In this document: in pieces, positions 9,022 through 18,166 of the stretch
How the letters are laid out: every line of letters starts with the position of its first letter
How positions within the stretch are numbered: position 1 is the stretch's first letter
DNA from: an uncultured Oscillospiraceae bacterium
GTDB taxonomy: Bacteria > Bacillota > Clostridia > Oscillospirales > Oscillospiraceae
Assembly: GCA_910584285.1 (NCBI GenBank)
Contig: CAJTYK010000002.1
Coordinates: 2,261-66,260 of the forward strand
Reading direction: 5' to 3'
DNA length: 64,000 bases
Translations under genes and position numbers: made by a program
Notes under the pieces: generated by a model
What the model was told of the DNA's origin: nothing
Seen by the model: the letters and a program-made list of their open reading frames with translations, nothing else
The model's database searches: none

Positions 9022-9939
9022 ATGGATACTCAACGAAATGTAATCGCCCTGGGCTTCTTCGACGGGGTACATCTGGGCCACGGGGCGCTGCTGCGGCGGG
9101 TGGGGTCGCGGGCCGCGGAGCTGGACGCCCGCCCCTGCGCCTTTACCTTCGACCAGAGCCCCGCCGCCGCCCTCACCGGTAAGGAGGTGCCCCTGCTGTC
9201 CGGGGTGGATGACCGGGCGTGGCTGATGGAAACGCTATACGGCATCCGGGAGGTCATCGTGGCCCCCTTTGCGGTCCTGCGGGACATGGACTGGCGGGAC
9301 TTCGTGGGGGACTACCTCCGGCGGGAGCACGGGGCCGTCCACGTGGTGGCGGGCCACGACTTCCACTTCGGCCGGGGCGGCCAGGGCAACCCCCAGCGGC
9401 TGGCGGAGGAGTGCGCCCGCCTGGGGATGGGCTGCGACATCATCCCCAGGGTGGAGCTGGACGGGGTGACGGTGTCCTCCACCCACATCCGGGGCCTGGT
9501 GGAGCGGGGGGAGCTGGAGGAGGCCAACCGTTTTCTGGGCCATCCCTTTGTGCTGTCCGGCCCGGTGGTGCACGGCAGCGAGCTGGGCCGCACCCTGGGC
9601 ACCCCCACCGCCAACCTGCACATACCGCCGGAGATCATCGTCCCCGGCTTCGGGGTGTACGCGGGCCGGGTGCGTCTGCCGGAGGTTGAGGATCGGCTGG
9701 CGGTGGTCAACATCGGGGTGCGTCCCACGGTGAACGCCGCCCTGTCCGGCGTGACGGTGGAGCCGTGGATCCTGGACTTCAGCGGCGACCTGTACGGCCG
9801 GATTCTCCGGCTGGAGCTCTACAAACGGCTGCGCCCCGAGCGGAGGTTTGGCAGCGTGGACGAGCTGCGCGCCGCCATTCTGGAAAACGCAGCGCAGACC
9901 CGGGCCTATTTTGCCGCAAAGGAGCACGCCTCATGTTAG
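9022..9939 (+). CDS. ribF: bifunctional riboflavin kinase / FMN adenylyltransferase
   Basis: 305 aa. ALGFFDGVHLGH, the GHDFHFG block and the riboflavin-kinase C-terminal part (GRTLGTPTANL). Confidence 0.95.
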   Translation: MDTQRNVIALGFFDGVHLGHGALLRRVGSRAAELDARPCAFTFDQSPAAALTGKEVPLLSGVDDRAWLMETLYGIREVIVAPFAVLRDMDWRDFVGDYLRREHGAVHVVAGHDFHFGRGGQGNPQRLAEECARLGMGCDIIPRVELDGVTVSSTHIRGLVERGELEEANRFLGHPFVLSGPVVHGSELGRTLGTPTANLHIPPEIIVPGFGVYAGRVRLPEVEDRLAVVNIGVRPTVNAALSGVTVEPWILDFSGDLYGRILRLELYKRLRPERRFGSVDELRAAILENAAQTRAYFAAKEHASC

Positions 9940-10652
9940 CCACTGTCATCAACGTCATTTTGGTGCTGCTGGGCAGCGCCGCCGGCCTGCTGTTCAAGAA
10001 CCTGATCAGCTCCCGCCTTATGGCCGTCCTCACCCAGGCGCTGGGCCTGTGTGTGCTGGGCGTGGGCATCAGCAGCGCCATCGGAACCCAAAATATGCTG
10101 TGCGTCATCGTGTGCATGGTGCTGGGCACTGTGCTGGGAAACGCCGTGGACATTGAGCGCCGGCTGGAGGGAGCCGGGGATCTGCTCCGGGCCCGGATCC
10201 CCAAGGGGGAGGAAACAGGCCGCTTCACCGAGGGCTTTGTCAACGCCTCCCTGCTGTTCTGCGTGGGAGCCATGGCCATCACCGGCTCCATCGAGGCGGG
10301 GCTCAACCACAACTATGAGATCATCGTGTCCAAGGGCGTCATCGACGGGGTGACCTCCATCTCCTTTGCCGCCACCATGGGGATCGGGGTGGCCTTTTCC
10401 GTCCTGCCGCTGCTGATCTACCAGGGGGGCATCACCCTGCTGGCGGAGTGGCTGGGACCTTACCTGCCCCAGGCGGTGATCACTGAGATGACCGCCGTGG
10501 GCGGCGCGCTGATCATCGGCATCGCCATCAATATGCTGGGTCTGGGCAGGGATCGGATCAAGGTGGGCAATATGCTGCCGGCTATGTTCCTGCCGATTTT
10601 ATACTTGCCGCTGGCGGAGTGGATCAGTTCGCTGGCAGAAAAATTGCAGTAA
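9933..10652 (+). CDS. DUF554 family membrane protein
   Basis: ATG 9933 follows AAAGGAG and overlaps the ribF stop. MLATVINVILVLLGS and FCVGAMAITGSIEAGL are typical of DUF554. The ORF-track start at 9765 is an extension inside ribF. Confidence 0.8.
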   Translation: MLATVINVILVLLGSAAGLLFKNLISSRLMAVLTQALGLCVLGVGISSAIGTQNMLCVIVCMVLGTVLGNAVDIERRLEGAGDLLRARIPKGEETGRFTEGFVNASLLFCVGAMAITGSIEAGLNHNYEIIVSKGVIDGVTSISFAATMGIGVAFSVLPLLIYQGGITLLAEWLGPYLPQAVITEMTAVGGALIIGIAINMLGLGRDRIKVGNMLPAMFLPILYLPLAEWISSLAEKLQ

Positions 10653-10854
10653 GCAGATTGCCCACAGGGCCCCGCCGTAGGGCGGGACGGCGCTTGCGCC
10701 GCAAATGCTTTGCGCGGCAAAGCATTTATCCGGGCCGGATTCACTCCGGGCCGGATAAAGTCCAAAGGGGCCCCATCAAAGCAGGCTTTGATGGGGTGGC
10801 AATATGCTGCCGGCTATGTTCCTGCCGATTCTATACTTACCGCTGGCGGAGTGG
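10568..10854 (+). repeat. 55-nt direct repeat of the DUF554 3' end flanking a 177-nt hairpin-rich insert
   Basis: 10568-10622 and 10800-10854 are identical at 53 of 55 positions by hand alignment. The interval contains perfect palindromes at 10671-10686, 10703-10727 and 10771-10796, plus a 12-nt direct repeat TCCGGGCCGGAT (10729-10740 and 10745-10756). Confidence 0.7.
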
Positions 10855-10982
10855 CTGGCGGGGCTGTTCTGAGCAGAAAACCGCTGTCCCCCGGACTGGA
10901 GGACGGCAGTTTTTTCCGTCTCAGTCCGGCGGGAAAGCTGGAGAATTTTTGTGAAAATCCGAAAGATTGCCGCAAAAACTCC

Positions 10983-11011
10983 TTGCAATAGCCGGACAAA
11001 GGCGGTATACT
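10983..11011 (+). promoter_or_regulatory. sigma-A type promoter of the butyryl-CoA operon
   Basis: TTGCAA (10983-10988), 17 nt, TATACT (11006-11011). This implies a 5' UTR of about 195 nt before crt. Confidence 0.55.
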
Positions 11012-11205
11012 ATGTGAGGATTCAATAGGGCACCCCCACCCACCCTGACGCGGCATGACCGGCGGACGTCGCCACGGCTCATTGCCGCACCCCTTTCCCC
11101 CTGGTTTGTTAAAAAAATAGCGAACTTTTTGCTGGAGGGAGCGGGGCGGCGGGGTGTCCCCGGAGTCAGATCTCATAGCGCAAGTACATTTATTAAGGAG
11201 GCAAC

Positions 11206-11985
11206 GTGATGTCATTTGTAAACTTTGAACAGCAGGGCGCTGTGGCCATCCTGACCATCAACCGCCCCGAGGCGCTCAACGCCCTGAACAGTCAGGTGCT
11301 GAGCGACCTGGACGAGGCCATCGCCAAGGTGGAGGCTGCGGACGACGTCCACGCGGTCATTATCACCGGTGCGGGCCGCTCCTTCGTGGCAGGGGCCGAC
11401 ATCGGCGAGATGAAGGGCTTCTCTGCCCGGGATGGCAAGCAGTTCGGCGTCCACGGCGGCGGCGTGTTCCTGAAGCTGGAGAACCTGTCCAAGCCCGTCA
11501 TTGCGGCGGTGAACGGCTTCGCCCTGGGCGGCGGCTGTGAGCTGTCCATGGCCTGCGACATCCGCATCGCCTCCGAGAAGGCCAAGTTCGGCCAGCCCGA
11601 GGTGGGCCTGGGCATCACCCCGGGCTTCGGCGGCACCCAGCGGCTGCCCCGCATCGTGGGCATCTCCAAGGCCATGGAGCTCATCCTCACCGCCAAGGTT
11701 ATCGGCGCCGCCGAGGCCAAGGAGATCGGCCTGGTCAGCGCTGTCTATCCCCCCGAGGAGCTGATGGACAAGGCCATGGAGCTGGCCAACGCCATCTGCG
11801 CCAACGCCCCCATCGCTGTGGCCGAGTCCAAGCGGTGCATCCGCATGGGGATGCAGACCGACATCGCCACCGGCTCCGCCTTCGAGGCCGAGGCCTTCGG
11901 CGTCACCTGCGGCACCGAGGACAAGAACGAGGGCATGGGCGCCTTCCTGGAGAAGCGCGCCGAGAAGCACTTCCAGAATAAGTAA
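11206..11985 (+). CDS. crt: short-chain enoyl-CoA hydratase (crotonase)
   Basis: 259 aa. Crotonase-fold motifs (ITGAGRSFVAGADI, AAVNGFALGGGCELSMACD). AAGGAGG lies upstream. The start is GTG 11206 or ATG 11209. Confidence 0.9.
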   Translation: MMSFVNFEQQGAVAILTINRPEALNALNSQVLSDLDEAIAKVEAADDVHAVIITGAGRSFVAGADIGEMKGFSARDGKQFGVHGGGVFLKLENLSKPVIAAVNGFALGGGCELSMACDIRIASEKAKFGQPEVGLGITPGFGGTQRLPRIVGISKAMELILTAKVIGAAEAKEIGLVSAVYPPEELMDKAMELANAICANAPIAVAESKRCIRMGMQTDIATGSAFEAEAFGVTCGTEDKNEGMGAFLEKRAEKHFQNK

Positions 11986-12146
11986 CGCCGTCCAATCCCC
12001 CGTCCGCCCCGCAGGGCAGGGGGGTATCGCGCCGAAGGCGCGTATCCAGGGGGGACTGGTCCCCCCTGGAAGGCGCGTATGCTGCCGCGCAGCGGCAGAG
12101 GTTTTCCGCAGAAAACCGACGCGCCAGCACTTCCAGAACAAGTAAC
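11966..12146 (+). repeat. 21-nt direct repeat of the crt 3' end (with stop codon) flanking a 139-nt hairpin array
   Basis: AGCACTTCCAGAA[T/C]AAGTAAC occurs at 11966-11986 and 12126-12146. The insert carries perfect hairpins at 12046-12069, 12082-12098 and 12100-12117, and the direct repeat GAAGGCGCGTAT (12034-12045 and 12069-12080). Confidence 0.7.
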
Positions 12147-12190
12147 CCCAATTTCATCCACATAAATTTTTAATCAGGAGGTACATCATT

Positions 12191-13063
12191 ATGAAAAAAG
12201 TAGGCGTGATCGGCGCGGGCACCATGGGTCAGGGCATCGCCAAGGCGTTTGCGCAGTCCGGCTGGGCTGTGGCTCTGTGCGACATCAAGCAGGAGTGGGC
12301 CGACAACGGCAAAGCCAAGATCCAGAAGGGCTACGCCAAGCTGGTGGAAAAGGGCAAGATGGATCAGGCCAAGGCCGACGCCAACGTAGCCGCCATCACC
12401 GCGGGCCTCAAGGAGGATCTGTGCGCTGACTGCGATCTGATCGTGGAGGCCGCCTTCGAGGACATGGGCGTGAAGCAGACTACCTTCGGTGAGCTGGACA
12501 AGATCTGCAAGCCGGAGTGCATCTTCGCCTCCAACACCTCCAGCCTGTCCATCACCGAGATCGGCAAGGGCCTGAGCCGTCCCCTCATCGGGATGCACTT
12601 CTTCAACCCCGCCGACCGGATGAAGCTGATTGAGGTTATTGCCGGCGCCAACACCCCCTCCGACATGGTGAACACCATCGTGGCCATCTCCGAGGAGCTG
12701 GGCAAGACCCCCGTGCAGGTCAACGAGGCCGCCGGCTTTGTGGTCAACCGGATCCTGATCCCCATGATCAACGAGGCCGCCTTCATCAAGATGGAGGGCG
12801 TGTCCAACATCGCCGGCATCGACGCCGCCATGAAGCTGGGCGCCAACCACCCCATGGGCCCCCTGGAGCTGGGCGACTTCATCGGCCTGGACATCTGCCT
12901 GGCCATCATGGACGTGCTGTATCACGAGACCGGCGACAGCAAGTACCGCGCCTGCCCGCTGATCCGGAAGATGGTGCGCGGCGGCCAGCTGGGCGTGAAG
13001 TCCGGCAAGGGCTTCTATGTCTACAACGCCGACCGCACCAAGACCGCCGTTGACGAGCTGTAA
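12191..13063 (+). CDS. hbd: 3-hydroxybutyryl-CoA dehydrogenase
   Basis: 290 aa. NAD-binding VGVIGAGTMGQGIA and a 3HCDH C-terminal domain. Confidence 0.92.
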   Translation: MKKVGVIGAGTMGQGIAKAFAQSGWAVALCDIKQEWADNGKAKIQKGYAKLVEKGKMDQAKADANVAAITAGLKEDLCADCDLIVEAAFEDMGVKQTTFGELDKICKPECIFASNTSSLSITEIGKGLSRPLIGMHFFNPADRMKLIEVIAGANTPSDMVNTIVAISEELGKTPVQVNEAAGFVVNRILIPMINEAAFIKMEGVSNIAGIDAAMKLGANHPMGPLELGDFIGLDICLAIMDVLYHETGDSKYRACPLIRKMVRGGQLGVKSGKGFYVYNADRTKTAVDEL

Positions 13064-13102
13064 GAGTATGCCGGTACGGTTTTTATAAGGAGGAATACAT
13101 CC

Positions 13103-14257
<1,155 letters not shown>

Positions 14258-14272
14258 GGAGGTAGAAACACC

Positions 14273-15079
14273 ATGAAAATCATTGTCTGTGTCAAGCAGG
14301 TGCCCGACACCTCCGGCGTGGTGGCCGTCAAAGCCGACGGCACCATGGATCGTGCCGCCATGGCCACCATCTCCAACCCCGACGACATGAACGCCCTGGA
14401 GGCGGCCCTGCAGATCAAGGAAACCAACCCCGACGTGAAGGTGTGCGTCGTGTCCATGGGCCCCCCTCCCACGGAGTCCATGCTCCGGGAGTGCCTGGCC
14501 ATGGGGGCCGACGAGGCTTATCTCGTCTCCGCCCGTGAGTTCGGCGGCGCCGACACCTGGGCCACCTCCAACACCCTCACCGCCGCCATCGAGAAGATCG
14601 GCGTGGACAAGGGCGACATCGTGATGTGCGGCCGCCAGGCCATCGACGGCGACACCGCCCAGGTGGGCCCTCAGATCGCCGAGAAGCTGGGCCTGCCCCA
14701 GGTGACCTACGTCACCGCCATCGACTACAAGGACGGCGAGCTCACCGTCCGGCGGGAGCTGGAGGACGGCTACATGACCATCAAGGTGCAGACCCCCTGC
14801 GTGCTCACCTGCATCAAGGAGCTGAACACCCCCCGGTACATGAGCGTGCCCGGCGTCATGGAGTGCTACGCCAAGCCCTACGCCGTGTGGGACTTCGAGG
14901 CCCTGAAGGAGAGCAAGTGGGTGTCCGCCGTGGAGAACGTGGGCCTGAAGGGCTCCCCCACCCAGGTGTACAAGTCCTTCTCCCCCCCGGTGAAGGGCAA
15001 GGGGACCATGATCGAGGGTGCCGACAAGGCCGCCTGCGAGAAGCTGGTTTCCATGCTGGGCGAGAAGCATATTATCTGA
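14273..15079 (+). CDS. etfB: electron transfer flavoprotein, beta subunit
   Basis: 268 aa. MKIIVCVKQVPDT start and an EtfB-like sequence. Confidence 0.92.
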   Translation: MKIIVCVKQVPDTSGVVAVKADGTMDRAAMATISNPDDMNALEAALQIKETNPDVKVCVVSMGPPPTESMLRECLAMGADEAYLVSAREFGGADTWATSNTLTAAIEKIGVDKGDIVMCGRQAIDGDTAQVGPQIAEKLGLPQVTYVTAIDYKDGELTVRRELEDGYMTIKVQTPCVLTCIKELNTPRYMSVPGVMECYAKPYAVWDFEALKESKWVSAVENVGLKGSPTQVYKSFSPPVKGKGTMIEGADKAACEKLVSMLGEKHII

Positions 15080-15097
15080 GGAAAGGGGAGGTTGAAT

Positions 15098-16204
15098 ATG
15101 GCCTATAATAGTAAAGACACCGCCGCCTTCAAGGGCGTGTGGGTATTTTGTGAGCAGCGGGACGGTGTGATCCTGGGCACCGGCTACCAGCTGCTGAGCG
15201 AGGGCCGCAAGCTGGCCGACGACCTGGGCGTGGAGCTGTGCGGCGTGCTGCTGGGCAGCGGCGTGAACGAGCAGTACGCCAAGGCCCTGGGCGGCTACGG
15301 CGCGGACAAGGTGTACATCTGCGACCACGAGCTGCTGAAGGACTACACCACCGACGCCTACACCAAGGTGCTGTGCGATCTGGTGGAGGACAAGAAGCCC
15401 GAGGTGTTCCTCATCGGGGCCACCAACATCGGCCGCGACCTGGGCCCCCGTGTGGCCGCCCGGCTGCACACCGGCCTGACCGCCGACTGCACCCACCTGG
15501 ACGTGGACGTGGAGAAGTACAAGGCCTTCCTGAAGACCACCTCCACCATCGACGTGGACAACACCCCCTTCGAGGACACCAAGAACCTGAAGATGACCCG
15601 TCCGGCCTTCGGCGGCCACCTGATGGCCACCATCGTGTGCCCGGACTACCGCCCCCAGATGTCCACGGTGCGCCCCGGCGTGATGCAGACCCAGGCCTTT
15701 GACGAGGCCAAGAGCCAGCAGACCGTGCTGGAGAAGATCGACGTTCAGCTCAGCAAGGACGATATCCATGTTGATCTGGTGGAGATCAAGAAGTCCGCCA
15801 AGAAGCTGGTGGATCTCATCGGCGCGGACGTGGTGGTGGCCGTGGGCCGCGGCATCAGCTCCAACCCCACCCGGGGCATTGAGATCGCCGAGGAGCTGGC
15901 CAATGTGCTGGGCGGCGTGGTTGGCGCGTCCCGCGCGGTGGTGGACGCGGGCTGGATCGGCGTGGATCACCAGGTGGGCCAGACCGGCAAGACGGTGCAC
16001 CCCAAGATCTACGTGGCCCTGGGCATCTCCGGCGCTATTCAGCACCTGGCCGGTATGCAGGACAGCGAGTGCATCATCGCGGTGAACAAGAACGGCAGCG
16101 CGCCCATTTTCGACGCGGCTACCTACGGCATCACCGGCGACCTGTTCAAGGTCGGCCCCATGCTGGCCGAGGCCATCAAGAGCTTCAAGGCCGCCAAGGG
16201 CTGA
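15098..16204 (+). CDS. etfA: electron transfer flavoprotein, alpha subunit
   Basis: ATG 15098 lies 6 nt after AGGGGAGG. The ORF track begins at TTG 15092. FAD-binding C-terminal block (YVALGISGAIQHLAGM). Confidence 0.92.
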   Translation: MAYNSKDTAAFKGVWVFCEQRDGVILGTGYQLLSEGRKLADDLGVELCGVLLGSGVNEQYAKALGGYGADKVYICDHELLKDYTTDAYTKVLCDLVEDKKPEVFLIGATNIGRDLGPRVAARLHTGLTADCTHLDVDVEKYKAFLKTTSTIDVDNTPFEDTKNLKMTRPAFGGHLMATIVCPDYRPQMSTVRPGVMQTQAFDEAKSQQTVLEKIDVQLSKDDIHVDLVEIKKSAKKLVDLIGADVVVAVGRGISSNPTRGIEIAEELANVLGGVVGASRAVVDAGWIGVDHQVGQTGKTVHPKIYVALGISGAIQHLAGMQDSECIIAVNKNGSAPIFDAATYGITGDLFKVGPMLAEAIKSFKAAKG

Positions 16205-16232
16205 GAAAGCCCGAACATTTACAGTTTGTAAA

Positions 16233-16268
16233 GCCCAGGGGGGACAAAGTGTCTCCCCTGGGCTTTTT
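16233..16268 (+). terminator. intrinsic terminator of the butyryl-CoA operon
   Basis: GCCCAGGGGGGAC pairs with GTCTCCCCTGGGC (one mismatch) and is followed by TTTTT. Confidence 0.8.
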
Positions 16269-16359
16269 GTGCATTTCTACATAATTTTTACATGGAAATA
16301 TGTGGGACACCCAGAATTGGTATTGAAAACTCCCTGTAAACTTCCACATCTTGTATCCG

Positions 16360-16379
16360 TGTCGAATTTTGTCGAATTT
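16360..16379 (+). promoter_or_regulatory. two tandem Spo0A-box-like heptamers
   Basis: TGTCGAATTT TGTCGAATTT. TGTCGAA is the consensus 0A box, and the two copies are spaced exactly 10 nt apart. They lie 16-35 nt upstream of a candidate -35. Confidence 0.4.
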
Positions 16380-16394
16380 TGCGATTTCTTTCCC

Positions 16395-16423
16395 TTGCGC
16401 GTTGGGAAGATCTTGGCAATAAT
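16395..16423 (+). promoter_or_regulatory. candidate promoter of the small gene at 16459
   Basis: TTGCGC (16395-16400), 17 nt, AATAAT (16418-16423). Confidence 0.4.
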
Positions 16424-16458
16424 GGGAGTAACCCAAGGAAAGAGAGGTGAACTCACTC

Positions 16459-16728
16459 ATGCGTGAGCTGTTTCTGAAAACGCTGGATCTTCCTGACGAG
16501 ACCGGCACACTTCGCAGCTACGACTACTCCATTCTCATTGACGAGATGGACGTGGGCCCGTTTTCCTGCGAGAGCTACGGCATCCGGGTCGTTGAGCGGG
16601 GCGGAGCCGAGGCCTCAGCCGCCCACGTGACGTGCAGCGCTGCCCGCATTGATGAGCTCAGCGACCTGGTGGTGCGCAACGCAGTTACGCCCACCACCCT
16701 GAATGATGTTCTGTCCGACTGGCTGTAA
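16459..16728 (+). CDS. small conserved Clostridia-type hypothetical protein (possibly DUF6514-like)
   Basis: 89 aa from ATG 16459. The ORF track starts at GTG 16447. It is followed by a strong terminator. The family name is from memory and not certain. Confidence 0.6.
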   Translation: MRELFLKTLDLPDETGTLRSYDYSILIDEMDVGPFSCESYGIRVVERGGAEASAAHVTCSAARIDELSDLVVRNAVTPTTLNDVLSDWL

Positions 16729-16795
16729 CTGTCCAAATGGGCTCCAAGTGCCCTGCGGTTCTAAAGGTGTACACTGTCCGACGGTTGTAAATAGC

Positions 16796-16830
16796 GCGGG
16801 ACGCCCTGGGGAGGCGTCCCGCGTTTTTTT
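16796..16830 (+). terminator. intrinsic terminator
   Basis: GCGGGACGCC (16796-16805) pairs with GGCGTCCCGC (16813-16822). A T7 run follows and overlaps the stop of the convergent gene. Confidence 0.8.
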
Positions 16831-17905
16831 AGAGCCGCTCCAGAGAGAGGAGCTGGTCGGCGGTGCGGTCGGCGGTGTCCATCACGCCGTCAAAGTTCAC
16901 ATAGGGGTTATAGATCCGTTCCAGCTTGTCGTGGGCGGCCTTGGCCTGGGCCAGACCGGCCACCGCCTCCTCCGTCAGGGCGGCGGCCACCCGCCGGGTG
17001 AAGCGCAGCCGGGGCTTGGCGGCCCGGCAGGCGTCGGCATCCACCATGGCATCCAGCCGCAGGCGGCGGTAGGCCCGGTGGGGCCAGGGGGCCTCCGGGG
17101 TGGAAGTGACAAAGGCCAGGGAGAGGTCAGGGAAGATGAGGTGGGCCAGTCGATCCGGGGCCATGGGGTCGGAGCAGACCACCGCCCGGTGCCCCGCCGC
17201 CAGGCCCGCGGTGAGGATAGGGTTGAGCAGATGGTGGGCCAGCCCAGAGCTGTCCGCCAGCTCATAGACCCGGCCCGCCTGGGCCTCCACCGTGCCCCAG
17301 AGGGTGAGGGTCCCCTTGTGGGTGACGGCGGACAGGAATCGCTGATCCGCGCCGCCTGTCCCGCCTGGCCTTTTCAGCTCCCGGCCGATGATCCCCGCCG
17401 CCCGCTTGGCCAGCTTCTGCTGTACCGCCGGGACGGCCAGCAGCTCGTTGATATCCCGGCGCAGCTCCCCCGCCGCGCCCAGGCACCGGTACACCCGCTT
17501 GTAGTGGCCCTGGTACTCCGCGGTGGCAGCCAGGATATCCTCCTTCACATTCTGGAGGCCAGCGCGGTCGTAGAAGCCGCTCAGGTCTATGTAGCGGTCA
17601 ACGGCGCCGGGGCAGCAGGGTTCGACGACGTGGGGCGCCGTCCCGTCCACTACCGCGGCCCCCAGGGCCGGAATGATCACCGCGTCCAGGGAGTCGGGAT
17701 CCCCCGAGCACAGCACCTCCTCCGTCTCCAGCCCCGCGGCCTGGGCGTGCCGCTCCACCCGGCGCATGAGGGTGGACTTGCCGCTGCCCGGGCCACTCTT
17801 GATGATGTACACTGCCCGGAACCGCCGGGGGTCGGACAGCTGGTGGTAGAGGGAATAAAACCCCGAGGGCGTATTCCCCCCCAGGAAATATTGGATCTTC
17901 GGCAT
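16829..17905 (-). CDS. P-loop ATPase of unknown function (PRK06851-like)
   Basis: 358 aa. Walker A (SGPGSGKST) and the N-terminal FLGGNTPSGFYSLY pattern that I associate with the PRK06851 family. Confidence 0.7.
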   Translation of the reverse strand: MPKIQYFLGGNTPSGFYSLYHQLSDPRRFRAVYIIKSGPGSGKSTLMRRVERHAQAAGLETEEVLCSGDPDSLDAVIIPALGAAVVDGTAPHVVEPCCPGAVDRYIDLSGFYDRAGLQNVKEDILAATAEYQGHYKRVYRCLGAAGELRRDINELLAVPAVQQKLAKRAAGIIGRELKRPGGTGGADQRFLSAVTHKGTLTLWGTVEAQAGRVYELADSSGLAHHLLNPILTAGLAAGHRAVVCSDPMAPDRLAHLIFPDLSLAFVTSTPEAPWPHRAYRRLRLDAMVDADACRAAKPRLRFTRRVAAALTEEAVAGLAQAKAAHDKLERIYNPYVNFDGVMDTADRTADQLLSLERL

Positions 17906-18059
17906 CCTGATAAAGCCTCCTCCTGATTGGCCGGTATCCCCGGCCTGGGTTTTCTCTCCAGACTATGCCGGCGGAGCCGGAAAGGTGCGCCCCGCGGCCC
18001 TGTCCGCCCCGCCACCAAATTCACCGGAAATTTTCCACCCAAAATCGGCGCTTTATGCC

Positions 18060-18088
18060 TTGACGGAGGGCATCATCCACGGTATAAT
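18060..18088 (+). promoter_or_regulatory. sigma-A type promoter of the hydrogenase gene
   Basis: TTGACG (18060-18065), 17 nt, TATAAT (18083-18088). Confidence 0.6.
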
Positions 18089-18166
18089 TCAACACGGTGA
18101 ATCGACATTTTTTTAACAATGCGGGCCGGCCAACCGCCCGCGCCGATGCTGAGGAGGGAACAGCCC

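Noticed and set aside
10619-10991. ORFs of 111 and 93 aa in the insert and duplication region after the DUF554 gene.
   Set aside because: They are built from palindromic repeat sequence, have no SD, and one merely reads the duplicated gene end in another frame.
11106-11123. Possible Rex operator (TTGTTAA-AAAA-ATAGCGA) in the crt leader.
   Set aside because: Only the left half-site matches TTGTTAA-N4-TTAACAA. The right half matches at 4 of 7 positions, which is too weak to call.
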